A DNA stretch of 64,000 nucleotides from an uncultured virus (IMG/VR IMGVR_UViG_3300009187_000024) (IMGVR_UViG_3300009187_000024), one strand, 5' to 3'. Shown: positions 1-10,433, numbered from the stretch's first letter. Notes: a model not told the origin generated them from the letters alone. Numbers and translations: made by a program.

Positions 1-942
1 CAATGTTCCATCAGCTGGTGAAAACATTCCACCGTCAGTATCATTGGTGCCAAAAGAATATCCAGCAACACCCGTTCCATAAGTTGCACCACCCAAAGCC
101 CTGATACCACCATTCACATCAAGTCTTGCGGTTGGTGAAGTTTGATTGATTCCCATATTACCACTAGAATCAATACGCACACGTTCAGCTGATGATGTAT
201 ACAAACTTATGATTCCATTGGCAGCACTTCCAAGTTGCCCAATATGCATTACCATATTATTTGCAATAGAAAACATTCTGGGATTATTTGTACCAGCAAC
301 ATCAACATATAAGCCCACGGTTGTATTGTCTGGGTTTAGAAAATTTATTTCTCCACCTTCGCTGCTGCCGCCATTTAAGAATGTACCAACACCATCAGTT
401 TTACTACCACCAACTACATGCAATTTACCAGTGGGAGATGCCGTACCAATACCTACGTTACCATTAGCAACAAAATAAGCTGAAGTTCCAATAGTGAATG
501 TGTTAGTAGAAGAGCTATTAGCAAATGTGGCAGTGCCTTGGTAAATTGTAGAATTAACGGTTACACCTGATATAGAAATCTGACCTGCAGTTATATTTGT
601 ATTTACTGATGTATTGCCGACATAATGCGTTGTAGCATTGATAAATGAATTTGTACTAACATATAAAAATGAGCTAGAAGATAAAGTGACATTGCCAGAC
701 ACATTAGCGGCGCCAACAATATCAAGTTTTGCTGTAGGAGATGCAGTACCAATACCTACGTTTCCATTAGCAACAAAATAAGCTGAGGTTCCAATTGTTG
801 CAACATTGGTCGTTGTGGTCAAATTAGCCGAATTAGCAGTACCAACAGACATCGATGTAATAGCAGTCGCATTAGCGGTTATGCTATTATACATAGCATT
901 TGCTATAAAACCAAAATTTGAGAGATCATTTGTAATAGTCAT
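1..942 (-). CDS. Tail fibre protein, partial (runs off the window start; missing from the ORF track)
   Basis: ATG at 942 overlaps the upstream stop (ATGA). The open frame MTITNDLSNFGFIANAMYNSITAN... contains GNVGIGTASP repeats and ERVRIDSSGNMGI, typical of phage fibres. Confidence 0.8.
   Translation of the reverse strand, partial: MTITNDLSNFGFIANAMYNSITANATAITSMSVGTANSANLTTTTNVATIGTSAYFVANGNVGIGTASPTAKLDIVGAANVSGNVTLSSSSFLYVSTNSFINATTHYVGNTSVNTNITAGQISISGVTVNSTIYQGTATFANSSSTNTFTIGTSAYFVANGNVGIGTASPTGKLHVVGGSKTDGVGTFLNGGSSEGGEINFLNPDNTTVGLYVDVAGTNNPRMFSIANNMVMHIGQLGSAANGIISLYTSSAERVRIDSSGNMGINQTSPTARLDVNGGIRALGGATYGTGVAGYSFGTNDTDGGMFSPADGTL
434..795. repeat. Near-identical ~59-bp direct repeat (434-492 and 737-795) encoding IGTSAYFVANGNVGIGTASP
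   Basis: The sequence ggagatgc.gtaccaatacctacgtt.ccattagcaacaaaataagctga.gttccaat appears twice. Confidence 0.85.
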
Positions 943-1133
943 TGATTATTACTTTCTTCTGCTGGCTTGATAATAAGATCGTCAGATTCAACTAATTGCA
1001 TGATGTTGGCGTAGTCAGTGTTGGCTGGGTCGATGGGCACAGATGAAGTAACGCCATTGATATCGACCCTTATGCCGCCAATTGTTGACGTGCCTAAAAT
1101 GCAATAATATTGCGCGTTTGTGTATTTCTGCAT
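939..1133 (-). CDS. Small tail-fibre-associated (assembly chaperone-like) protein, 64 aa; paralog of 2158-2352
   Basis: Likely start is MQKYTNAQY at 1133. The C-terminus VP(I/L)DPANTDY..IMQLVES.DLIIKPAEESNNQ is shared with 2158-2352. It sits directly after a fibre gene. Confidence 0.7.
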   Translation of the reverse strand: MQKYTNAQYYCILGTSTIGGIRVDINGVTSSVPIDPANTDYANIMQLVESDDLIIKPAEESNNQ

Positions 1134-1135
1134 TA

Positions 1136-2161
1136 TTAAAGCTCCGCTGCAAAAGTTAAATAAGTAGTCGAATCTATTGTAGAAAATGCAAACCCGGCTG
1201 GAACAGACACTGCCGCAAATCGCATTGCCATTGAACCGCTGCCCGCAAATATTGATGGAGTTCCAGATATATTCCCTGCCGTCCATGTACCAACAATTGT
1301 TGCAGTTGGATTTGCTCTCATTGTTGCTGGATAAGTCAATGTTAAAGTGCCGTAGTTACCCGAAGTGGCATATCCAGCAAAATAAATATCAGCAGCCGTG
1401 TTGCCGCCAAGCTTTAAAAAATACCGCTGGCACAGCATCAACGTCTCGCCAATCGGCAGCCGCTCAAATGGAGTAGCTACACTACCAGCTTCTAGTTGAA
1501 CATTGCCAATTGTCCAGGTTCCGGAAGTCTGCGCGCCCACCGTCAGCACAATCTCAATCCCGGTTGTGGCTGCGCTCGGGACGCTGACAGAAGCTGTGTA
1601 GTTAGTGACGGTGCTAGTCACGGTAAACGTGCCGGTGGCAATCTGCGTGCGCGTGGGGCTTGCTAACGTGCCAAAGGTATCAGCCGTATTGGCGTAGTAA
1701 GCCGTCCATGTCACTGTAGTCAGCAGCGAGTTTGCCAGATCAACGCTAAAGGTTGCCGTGCCGTTGTTTAGATCATAACTATTGATAGCCTCAACTCGCT
1801 GACCAAAACCGATTGCAGTAACGCTCGCCGCTCCTGTGAACCTGTAACGATACTGATCGATACCAGAACCAGCAACACGTTGCCCTGTTACGTTAGCTCC
1901 AGTACAATAACCATAGAAACGATCCACGCTGTAGGCTAGAGCAGCTGCAGCAGTAAATGTTTGCGCCGATCCAGCATTGCGCTGGTCAACAGCCATACCG
2001 CCATTAATGATTCTATTACGGCGATATCCATTTGTTAATGTTGGTAATACCGTAGTACCATTGATTGTCATTCCAGTCACTGCAGTATTATTAGCAGTTA
2101 TGCTATTATATACAGCATTAGCTATTGTAGCTACCTTGGAAAGACCTACTGAATCAGTCAT
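1136..2161 (-). CDS. Tail fibre / receptor-binding protein (RNRIINGxM...CQRY domain)
   Basis: Contains RRNRIINGGMAVDQRN...FERLPIGETLMLCQRY, followed by a variable tip ending in AEL. Confidence 0.75.
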   Translation of the reverse strand: MTDSVGLSKVATIANAVYNSITANNTAVTGMTINGTTVLPTLTNGYRRNRIINGGMAVDQRNAGSAQTFTAAAALAYSVDRFYGYCTGANVTGQRVAGSGIDQYRYRFTGAASVTAIGFGQRVEAINSYDLNNGTATFSVDLANSLLTTVTWTAYYANTADTFGTLASPTRTQIATGTFTVTSTVTNYTASVSVPSAATTGIEIVLTVGAQTSGTWTIGNVQLEAGSVATPFERLPIGETLMLCQRYFLKLGGNTAADIYFAGYATSGNYGTLTLTYPATMRANPTATIVGTWTAGNISGTPSIFAGSGSMAMRFAAVSVPAGFAFSTIDSTTYLTFAAEL

Positions 2162-2352
2162 TGATTATTGCTTTCTTCTGCTGGTTTGATAATAAGATCA
2201 CCAGATTCAACTAGTTGCATGATGTTGGAATAGTCAGTATTGGCTGGGTCAAGTGGGACAAACGAAAGCACTCCATTGATGTCAACAGAAATACAAGTCA
2301 CGATACCGCTGTATTTATCTGTAATATATTGAATATTAGTGTATGTAATCAT
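2158..2352 (-). CDS. Small tail-fibre-associated protein, 64 aa
   Basis: Paralog of 939-1133 in the same position after a CQRY-type fibre. Confidence 0.7.
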   Translation of the reverse strand: MITYTNIQYITDKYSGIVTCISVDINGVLSFVPLDPANTDYSNIMQLVESGDLIIKPAEESNNQ

Positions 2353-2354
2353 GA

Positions 2355-4475
2355 TTATAACTCCGCTGAAAGAATACCAGGACCTGAGTAAACTAGAGGT
2401 TGACCAATTGTACCAGCATTGGATGTTGAAGTACCGTCAAATTTTATTCCTTGATTGTTTATAGAAATATTTGCAACAGTTGCTGTCACACCTCCAAAAC
2501 CAATAAGTTGAAAAGATGTTGAAGTTCCACTAAGAGTTGGAGCTGCGCGCATTGTCCCAGGAAACTTAAAAAATGTTGCCCCGGCATTAGTACTATACAT
2601 GGTTCCCACCGGACCAAACTCCCCAGAATTAGGCAGCACATTGCAATATCGCTGACATAACATTAGCATCTCACCAATCGGCAACCGTTCAAATGGTGTG
2701 GCTACACTACCAGATTCTAGTTGAAAATTACCAATAACCCAAGTTCCAGAAGTCTGAGCACCTACGGTAAATACAATCTCGATACCAGTTGTGGCTGCAG
2801 CTGGAATACTAATTGAAGCGGAATAATTTGTCACTGTGCTTGTGACAGTAAAAGTTCCTGTTGCAATTTGTGTGCGTGTAGGACTTGCTAGCGATCCAAA
2901 TGTATCCGCTGTATTTGCATAATAAGCAGTCCACGTCACTGTTGTTAATAATGAATTTGATAAGTCAACACTTAAAATGGCTGTGCTATTATTTAAATCA
3001 TAGCTATTGGAAGTTTCGATACGCTGCGCAAAACCAATTGCTGTAACACTTGCTGCACCAGTAAACTGATAACGATATTGTGTTGTACCAGAACCAGCAA
3101 CACGCTGACCTGTTACGTTAGCACCAGTACAATATCCATACCATCGATCCACACTATATGCTAAGGCTGCTCCTGCAGTAAAAGTCTGTGCTGAACCAGA
3201 ATTGCGCTGGTCAATTTGCATTGCACCATTGATGATTCTATTACGTCTGAATCCACCAGTACTTGGATATACAGAATTGCCATTCATTGAAATAGCAGCT
3301 GCAGTAATATTTGTGTTTACAGTTGAATTGCCAACAAATGCAGAAGTTGCATTGACAACAACATTTGATCCAACTAAAAGAGAAGCATTGCTGACTGATA
3401 AGTTAGCAGTGAAACTTAGTGTATTAGACCAAGTGTATTGAGCTGTTGTATTGATTGCAGCAAGTGAAACCGAATTATATCCAACAACATCGACGATATC
3501 ATTTGATAAAGCTGCAGCAGCAAGAACAACAGTTGAACCATTTGTTGCTGTTACTTCAGTACCATTGATTAGCTTCACACCATTCTTGTATACGTCAATA
3601 TAGTTAACAGTATAACCGCCAGTTATAGTAAATGATGTATTGACAGTGGAGTTAGCCGTGAATGTTTGTCTGACATAAGTTGCTCCACTTATAAGTGATC
3701 CAACACCTTGATAACCAAACACATCAACAACTTGACCATTCAATGGAGCAGTAGTAAAGTTAACAGTTGAACCTGAAGTGACAGTCACATCAGATCCGGG
3801 AACTTGTTTTACACCACCGACAAAAACTTCAATAGCAGAAGGTATGTAACCGCCAGCTATGGTGAAAGTATTACTAGTGCCGTTAGCTGTAAACTGTTGA
3901 GATATGTAAGAAGAATAGCTATATGATCCGGTACTAAGTGTACCAGCATTGAATGCAACAACATCAATAACTGTATTACTTGGTGCAGCAGCAGCTAAAG
4001 TAACAATGCTACCACTTGTTACATCAACATCGGTGCCATTGATTAGTTTTACACCGTTCTTGTAAACATCAATATAACCGGGACTATATCCACCCACTAT
4101 TGTAAATGTCGTATTTACCGTAGCATTAGCAGTGAATGTTTGTCTTATAGAACTAGCACCCGATGAAGAGCCCCAATAAACACCAGATCCATTTGATGTT
4201 AAAATCTGATTAGCTGTTCCAGTAGAACCATTTGCAATCAATCTTTGCGAATTACCGATAGCAACTGTTGTTGTATTAACCGTAAAACGCGAAGTTGCAT
4301 TACCAACAGCAATAGTTGTATTGTTCGATCCAATTTCGAAAATACCAGTAGCGTTAGCCGAGAATAAAATTCCGTCAGTAGTATTGATAGCAAGCTCTCC
4401 GGAAGACACTGTTGTTGTCGTTGGACGAGTACCACTTACTGCATTTCTTCTTAGCTGAAAGACTGTATTAGCCAT
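2355..4475 (-). CDS. Tail fibre protein (Mtd_N-like N-terminus, three repeated beta domains, CQRY tip domain)
   Basis: Starts MANTVFQLRR...GELAINTTDGILF, has three QxFTAN...GGY...IxVxxxGVK repeats, and its C-terminal domain is paralogous to 1136-2161. The start at 4475 overlaps the upstream TAA. Confidence 0.8.
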   Translation of the reverse strand: MANTVFQLRRNAVSGTRPTTTTVSSGELAINTTDGILFSANATGIFEIGSNNTTIAVGNATSRFTVNTTTVAIGNSQRLIANGSTGTANQILTSNGSGVYWGSSSGASSIRQTFTANATVNTTFTIVGGYSPGYIDVYKNGVKLINGTDVDVTSGSIVTLAAAAPSNTVIDVVAFNAGTLSTGSYSYSSYISQQFTANGTSNTFTIAGGYIPSAIEVFVGGVKQVPGSDVTVTSGSTVNFTTAPLNGQVVDVFGYQGVGSLISGATYVRQTFTANSTVNTSFTITGGYTVNYIDVYKNGVKLINGTEVTATNGSTVVLAAAALSNDIVDVVGYNSVSLAAINTTAQYTWSNTLSFTANLSVSNASLLVGSNVVVNATSAFVGNSTVNTNITAAAISMNGNSVYPSTGGFRRNRIINGAMQIDQRNSGSAQTFTAGAALAYSVDRWYGYCTGANVTGQRVAGSGTTQYRYQFTGAASVTAIGFAQRIETSNSYDLNNSTAILSVDLSNSLLTTVTWTAYYANTADTFGSLASPTRTQIATGTFTVTSTVTNYSASISIPAAATTGIEIVFTVGAQTSGTWVIGNFQLESGSVATPFERLPIGEMLMLCQRYCNVLPNSGEFGPVGTMYSTNAGATFFKFPGTMRAAPTLSGTSTSFQLIGFGGVTATVANISINNQGIKFDGTSTSNAGTIGQPLVYSGPGILSAEL

Positions 4476-4930
4476 TAGCTCCAATCATCTTTCTTTTTAT
4501 TTACTTTTTTCTCTTCGCTTGGAATTTTTTGATGTGAATCAAGTAGTGTTTGATATTCAACTTGAAGTTTTTGATAAGCATCATTCACCAAATTATAATT
4601 ATTCATATGCTCTTCATAGTTCTTTTCGATCTTGTCACATTTTTCTTTCAGATCACCAAGAGCAATGATTTCATCTCTATACCTTGCATGTTCATCACGA
4701 TAGGTATCTCTTTGAATAGTCGTAGCTTCAAGACCAGCTAGAAGTTGTGTGACTTGTTCAGATAGAGTAAAATTTTTATCTGTCTCTTCTCTGATGGAAG
4801 TATCTTTTGCTTTTAATGAATCATTAAGCAGAGAGATTTTAGCCTCAGCTTCAAGACATCTTCTCATAACATCAATGATAAATGTTTCTTGACATTTCAT
4901 GTAAGACAAAGTAAATTTTTCATCAGTCAT
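4475..4930 (-). CDS. Hypothetical coiled-coil protein (possible fibre chaperone)
   Basis: Charged, heptad-rich 151-aa ORF translationally coupled within the fibre operon. Confidence 0.6.
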   Translation of the reverse strand: MTDEKFTLSYMKCQETFIIDVMRRCLEAEAKISLLNDSLKAKDTSIREETDKNFTLSEQVTQLLAGLEATTIQRDTYRDEHARYRDEIIALGDLKEKCDKIEKNYEEHMNNYNLVNDAYQKLQVEYQTLLDSHQKIPSEEKKVNKKKDDWS

Positions 4931-4945
4931 AATAAAATTCTCCTA

Positions 4946-7909
4946 TTAGAAGGAACCACCATCAAGTGTTCCATAAACGAGCGTTGAGCCATTGGATTGT
5001 AGAACATAACCATTTGTTCCAAGATTTAGTTTTGATAAAGATGTAGATCCACTTGCAACAATAATATCACCAACAGCAAACGAAGTCAAACCAGTACCAC
5101 CAACGTTTGCAGACAAAGTACCAGTTACAATATTCGTGGCGTCAGTATAGTAAGTGGCTGGTTGACCATTTAGATTTGTAGCATTACTAGAAGTACCACC
5201 ATAGCTAGTCGAGTTAATCGTGACACCGGATAGTGATATCTGACCTGCGGTAATATTGGTGTTGACCGTAGAGTTACCAACGAAGTGCGACGTTGTATTT
5301 ATGTAAGAATTTACACCGGCATATACAAAGCCGAAGTTCGTGTTCGTGCCAGTGAAGTTAATATTACCGGAAACTGTAAAGTTACCAGATGTATTAACAA
5401 CGGCGGAACTCAATCTAGCATCGGGTAATGTACCAGTCGTAAGATTGGTTGCATTAGTATAAATGGCTAAACCATTTACAAAGAAACCATTCGTATTAAC
5501 TACAGCATTGACTGTAGCATTACCAACTGCTAGAGACGAACCATTCAGAATCGCTGTATTACCGGCATTGATTGTAATCGACGAATTTGTAGTCGATACA
5601 TTGATTGTAGAGTTACCAACAATTAGATTTGCCTGGAATGTTTGAGTTCCAGTTATTGTAAATGCTGCTGATGTATTAACAACATTGGCGCCAAGCTGCG
5701 CGTAAGGAAGTGTACCGGTCGTAATGTTAGTTGCGTTAGTATAGTAAGACGCAGGCTGACCATTCAGATTATTGGCGTTATTCGCCGTTCCTTGATAAAT
5801 CGTAGAGTTAACAGTTACACCAGAGATAGAAACCTGACCAGCGGTGATGCTTGTATTTACAGTTGTGTTACCTGTAAATAATGCCGTAGTACTAACTACT
5901 GTATTCGCACCGACATACACCGCACTGAAATAGTTGTTAGTACCAGTGAAATTGATATTACCAGCAACTGTAAAATTAGCCGAAGTGTTTACGTATACAG
6001 AAGCTGCAGCGCCAGCAAGATTATTGGCATTGTTAGCGGTGCCAGAATAATTGGTCGCAGTGATTGTCGCACCAGAGATGCTAATCTGACCTGCAGTGGT
6101 GTTTGTATAAACTGTGGCATTACCAACCGCAACCATGGTTGTATTGATAACAACATTTGCACCAACAAACAATCCGTTATTAAAATAATTATTTGTTGAT
6201 GTGATATTTAAATTACCGCCAATAACAAAATTACCAGAAGTGTTTACGATGGCTGAACTATGTCTAGCATCAGGCAATGTTCCGGTAGTAATGTTGGTAG
6301 CATTAGTATAATAAGAAGCGAGTTGCCCATTCAGGTAAGTTGAATTATTTGACGTACCGCTGAAATTCGTAGCATTAATCGTACCGTAAGTTGTAGTGTT
6401 ACCTACGTAAAGATTATTTGCTTGGAACGGAGCGATATTGAACGAATTGTTTGACTGATCAATGTAAACACTTGCATCTGGTTCTGGAATATAACCATCG
6501 AATACTTTCCAAACACCAGTTACGTGGTCTCTGAAGAAACCAGTATGGTGATATGTTCCGTCATTATAAGCAGCAGCAAAACCAAGATCCGGATTTGTAT
6601 CTGACTGACCTCTAGCAAGACCACCTGATGTATAAGCAGCTGAGTTAGTATTAGCAACTTTAAACGTAGTCGAATTAGCTACCGTAACAACATAAGTGCC
6701 ATTATAGGACGAAGGTGTTACATTAGTTACTAGAACAGACCAAGTAGGAGCAAAATTATTATTTGCAGTGAATGTAATAACACTACCATTTCCGCTGATA
6801 TTACTGATGTTTGTCAGAACACCTTGGTTCAAGAATAGCATGTTATCGGTATACGCTACGGTATTACCATTGATAACATTATAAGAACCACTAACCGTTA
6901 AGTTACCTGTGATTACTACAGAGCCACCTAGATTAGTATTTCCAAGTGTTGAAAGAGTTCCAGTGTTTACGGCAGTAGAGTTTACAGTCGTGTAAACGCT
7001 GGTATTACCAACAGTGATTTGAGTTGTGTTAACAACGACATTTGCGCCAACAACAAGACCGGAAGCATAAACATTTGTAAACTGATTATTCGCACCAGTA
7101 AAATTGATATTGCCTGCTACGGTATAGTTACCCGAAGTATTAACATAAGAACCAGAAGAAGCGCCGCCAAGATTATTAGCGTTATTCGCCGTACCGGTGT
7201 AAATTGTAGAGTTGACTGTCGCACCAGAGATTGCAATCTGCCCAGCCGACATATTTGTATTGACTGTAGCATTACCAACAAACGCAGAAGTTGTGTTAAC
7301 AGTTACATTGGCACCAATGTATAAACCCTGGGTGAAATAATTGTTGGCTGCAGTTAGATTAAGATTGCCACCAACCGTAAAGTTACCAGATGTATTGACG
7401 TATACAGATGCCGCAGCTCCGCCGAGATTATTGGCATTGTTGGCTGTACCGGAATAATTGGTTGCATTTACAGTACCAGCGCCGATACCGACTGTATTCG
7501 TGGTTTTATCAAACGTGAAACCAGCCGAAGCGTTCAGAGATATAGAATCGTTAAACTGAATTTGAGTATTAGAACCAGCAACTCCTGGTAATGGAGTGTA
7601 CCAATAAACGTTTGCTCCATTGGTTGCAAGTAATTGCCCAGCACTACCTAAAGATCCATTTGCATAGACAGATCTGACGTTTACCGTAAGGACTTTAATC
7701 TGATCTAGGAAACCGGTAGAGTTTGCTACAAGAGCTTGATTGGCGGTTAATACGCCTGGAAATCTAGCACCACCAATAGCAACAATTGAACCGTTCGGGC
7801 TACCAATAAAAAGTTGATCGCCATTAGAAGTATAAGCAAGCTCGCCATTGGCCAATCCAATAGGATTAGCATTGGTAGTACTACGCTTGATTTGAATCTG
7901 ATTAGCCAT
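4946..7909 (-). CDS. Long tail fibre protein with internal repeats
   Basis: MANQIQIKRS...LANGELAY N-terminus, repeated GTANNANNL / YYTNATNITTGTLP / VNTSGNFTV modules, C-terminal LDGGSF. Confidence 0.8.
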   Translation of the reverse strand: MANQIQIKRSTTNANPIGLANGELAYTSNGDQLFIGSPNGSIVAIGGARFPGVLTANQALVANSTGFLDQIKVLTVNVRSVYANGSLGSAGQLLATNGANVYWYTPLPGVAGSNTQIQFNDSISLNASAGFTFDKTTNTVGIGAGTVNATNYSGTANNANNLGGAAASVYVNTSGNFTVGGNLNLTAANNYFTQGLYIGANVTVNTTSAFVGNATVNTNMSAGQIAISGATVNSTIYTGTANNANNLGGASSGSYVNTSGNYTVAGNINFTGANNQFTNVYASGLVVGANVVVNTTQITVGNTSVYTTVNSTAVNTGTLSTLGNTNLGGSVVITGNLTVSGSYNVINGNTVAYTDNMLFLNQGVLTNISNISGNGSVITFTANNNFAPTWSVLVTNVTPSSYNGTYVVTVANSTTFKVANTNSAAYTSGGLARGQSDTNPDLGFAAAYNDGTYHHTGFFRDHVTGVWKVFDGYIPEPDASVYIDQSNNSFNIAPFQANNLYVGNTTTYGTINATNFSGTSNNSTYLNGQLASYYTNATNITTGTLPDARHSSAIVNTSGNFVIGGNLNITSTNNYFNNGLFVGANVVINTTMVAVGNATVYTNTTAGQISISGATITATNYSGTANNANNLAGAAASVYVNTSANFTVAGNINFTGTNNYFSAVYVGANTVVSTTALFTGNTTVNTSITAGQVSISGVTVNSTIYQGTANNANNLNGQPASYYTNATNITTGTLPYAQLGANVVNTSAAFTITGTQTFQANLIVGNSTINVSTTNSSITINAGNTAILNGSSLAVGNATVNAVVNTNGFFVNGLAIYTNATNLTTGTLPDARLSSAVVNTSGNFTVSGNINFTGTNTNFGFVYAGVNSYINTTSHFVGNSTVNTNITAGQISLSGVTINSTSYGGTSSNATNLNGQPATYYTDATNIVTGTLSANVGGTGLTSFAVGDIIVASGSTSLSKLNLGTNGYVLQSNGSTLVYGTLDGGSF

Positions 7910-8268
7910 TAAAAGCTGCCCCCGTCTAGGTCCATTTGTCTAATGACATATTTATTGTTTGTTGTATTGAACACCAGCGTGCTGTTATTTGCCGGAGGAT
8001 TTTGTGAAAGCTGAACGTCGGAAATCGAAGACACGGTGATATTCGCTATACTATTAGCTACAAGATTTGATGCATAAACTATCGCGTTCGCGTAAGTCGT
8101 GGCATCATTAGCCAACATAACAGTCGAATTAGAATACCTACTAAGATCAGAAATGGCTGAAGTGGTTACAACAGGAACACTGGATGGCACTGTCAAAAGC
8201 GAGCCGTTTTGATTGACTACCTTAACTTTATATTGGTTATTCGTTATCGATTTAACTACGAAAGCCAT
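7909..8268 (-). CDS. Virion structural protein (fibre-associated), ending LDGGSF
   Basis: ORF in the late operon. Contains ISDV...NNSTLVFN and has the same C-terminal hexapeptide as 4946-7909. Confidence 0.6.
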   Translation of the reverse strand: MAFVVKSITNNQYKVKVVNQNGSLLTVPSSVPVVTTSAISDLSRYSNSTVMLANDATTYANAIVYASNLVANSIANITVSSISDVQLSQNPPANNSTLVFNTTNNKYVIRQMDLDGGSF

Positions 8269-8270
8269 GA

Positions 8271-8597
8271 TTACCTCGTCACTTGTGGAGTGACCGTTAC
8301 AATTCCTTCAACAATACGCGATCGAACCCCAGTAAGATCTTCGACCTCAACATCATATACATAACGACCTGCAACAATACTTCCCGTTGTTGCAGCGCCC
8401 ATAGAAAGAGTTACTTGTCCATTACTATTCAATCCGACATTGAATGTGTAAGCGCTCGACGAAGAATATGTTTTTCTAATCTGAGAATTAGCCGTATAGC
8501 CTGTGAAATCGATTGGCTCGTCTGATATGTTGTGGATTGTATACGTTGTATTGAACGTAGCTCCCTGGTCGATTACAATGTTTATTTTAGCTGCCAT
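8271..8597 (-). CDS. Conserved virion structural protein (BppU-like Ig fold)
   Basis: IVIDQGATF...GRYVYDVEV...RIVEGIVTVTPQVT, a motif set common in T4-like cyano/alpha phages. Confidence 0.7.
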   Translation of the reverse strand: MAAKINIVIDQGATFNTTYTIHNISDEPIDFTGYTANSQIRKTYSSSSAYTFNVGLNSNGQVTLSMGAATTGSIVAGRYVYDVEVEDLTGVRSRIVEGIVTVTPQVTR

Positions 8598-8606
8598 GTC
8601 AACCTC

Positions 8607-10214
8607 TTATGGAACTATAGAAGTTCTGATGAATTTAGCAACAACATTTGCTGTAGATGGTGTTAGCTGTAATGCAATATTACCACCGTTAATAATAACG
8701 TCAAAAGTTCCAAGAGAAACGATGTTGAACAGAGTCCCGTATTCAGTTAGGTAAGGAGTTGTTCCGTCGTGTATAATTGAAATTTTTGTGATGTGGTAAT
8801 AAGGATTTGGCGTCACCGTAGAGTCCGAAAGCTGCACGGTGTATTCGTATGAACGATATGTGGATGCCGAGACGCTGTCTATATTAGCAGCTGCTGTGCT
8901 ATTCGTGAATGTATAACTATTTGCGAATTGATGACTGATACCGTTTAGTAACATTCTACCAGCCACAGCAACATTGGAAGATAATGTTGTCACACCAGCA
9001 ACAGCCAAAGTATTTGAAAGCGTTGCGTTGCCTGTAACGACGATCGTGTTAGTAAACGTTGCGTTGCCCGTCACAGCTATTGTATTCGAAACAGTTATTG
9101 CCGAATTTACAGCAACTACGGTTGTGTTTACCGTTAGTATTTGCGACCCACCTGCAGTTATTCCAAAAGTTGCTGTTGCAGGTCGATAAATTCCCGTGTC
9201 AGTGTTACTAGTGAACGTAATCGCAGGAGCTCCAGCAGTGCCAGCTGGAACGAAAACATTATTTGAAATTATTACATTATTAGGATAAGAATTTGAAACG
9301 TATATTGAGTTCCAATACGCGGTCGTATTACCTAAACTGTAAACAGCATTTGACGAAGGAAGCAAAGAATTCGCGAAACTGGTCGTTCCAGTAACGATAA
9401 GATTTACTGTATTCGTGGTAGTTCCGTAAATGCTATTCGCATATACGACGGACCACCAACTGTTGGCATTACCGAGTTTGATAAAATTGTTTGAAAAAGG
9501 TATAATATCTCCACCACTAGTACCGGCATATGCTAGATTTCCGCCAATTGAAACGCTACCCTCAATTCTCAAATTACCAGCAATATTACTCGTCACTGCT
9601 CCAGAAACGTTCAGCTGGTTTACATTAGCAAGACCACCAATCAAAACAGAATTAGCAAAAGTTGTATTGCCGACAATCGTAGTATTTGTTGTGTTTGCTA
9701 ATAGCGTATTGCCGTTAATTGTAAGAACGGAAAACGAACCGTTTGCTTTTATTGCCGTATTACCGGTTATTGTAGCGATAGCATTAACGTTGAAGGAGGT
9801 AGAGGTTACATTTGTTACAGATGAATTGACGTTCAGGTAATTACCACCAAGCGTAGTATTGCCGCCTGTCGGAACGATATAAACAGCATTAGACGTGATT
9901 ACAACATTCGAAAACGTAGAGTTAGCGTTGAACGATACTAGATTTGATCCAACGTAAGTGAAAGCTGTATTTGTTATTAGATTGAGCGTATTACCGACAG
10001 CAAGAGTTCCTCCGGCAATACCCGTATAAGCCACGAGAGTGTTCGCTCCGAAATAACCATTTACATAGCCATTACCGGTCGACAAAGAACCGGCAGTAGA
10101 TGTGTCTATGGTAACTGCGTTTTGAGATGCGATACTAGCAAGAGTATTTGTTACGGTTATCCAAGTACCGAAGGTATCTGTATTCGATACGACGTTGGCT
10201 ACTGCAATAGTCAT
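8607..10214 (-). CDS. Virion structural / fibre protein
   Basis: N-terminal DTFGTW, a PAITFTSNTDTGIYRP motif, and a C-terminal YRSYEY...IIHDGT...TEYG domain. Confidence 0.7.
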   Translation of the reverse strand: MTIAVANVVSNTDTFGTWITVTNTLASIASQNAVTIDTSTAGSLSTGNGYVNGYFGANTLVAYTGIAGGTLAVGNTLNLITNTAFTYVGSNLVSFNANSTFSNVVITSNAVYIVPTGGNTTLGGNYLNVNSSVTNVTSTSFNVNAIATITGNTAIKANGSFSVLTINGNTLLANTTNTTIVGNTTFANSVLIGGLANVNQLNVSGAVTSNIAGNLRIEGSVSIGGNLAYAGTSGGDIIPFSNNFIKLGNANSWWSVVYANSIYGTTTNTVNLIVTGTTSFANSLLPSSNAVYSLGNTTAYWNSIYVSNSYPNNVIISNNVFVPAGTAGAPAITFTSNTDTGIYRPATATFGITAGGSQILTVNTTVVAVNSAITVSNTIAVTGNATFTNTIVVTGNATLSNTLAVAGVTTLSSNVAVAGRMLLNGISHQFANSYTFTNSTAAANIDSVSASTYRSYEYTVQLSDSTVTPNPYYHITKISIIHDGTTPYLTEYGTLFNIVSLGTFDVIINGGNIALQLTPSTANVVAKFIRTSIVP

Positions 10215-10217
10215 TTG

Positions 10218-10433
10218 TTACTTCTGCCCTATCAGTTGTCTCAGCAGAGATTTGATCTCTTCTATATCATTTTTCATTTGTTGATTTTCGTCGACGATCT
10301 TCTTTAGTTTCATTTTCTCTTCGCGTTCTTCTTTGTATTTATTTAACTCTTTTACATTAGTGTTGAGAATCGCATTGCTTTGTTTTTCTCTGATTAAATT
10401 TTTATTGTCTTTTACTTTTAAAAATTCCGTCAT
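10218..10433 (-). CDS. Conserved small hypothetical protein
   Basis: KVKDNKNLIR...AILN followed by a coiled coil; this type commonly follows VrlC-like genes. Confidence 0.65.
   Translation of the reverse strand: MTEFLKVKDNKNLIREKQSNAILNTNVKELNKYKEEREEKMKLKKIVDENQQMKNDIEEIKSLLRQLIGQK

Noticed and set aside
939..1286. 115-aa ORF as called in the track
   Set aside because: The N-terminal extension overlaps the upstream fibre gene; the paralog indicates a start at 1133.
1136..3260. Possible diversity-generating retroelement acting on the fibre tips
   Set aside because: No reverse transcriptase is present in the window, and differences between copies are not adenine-specific.
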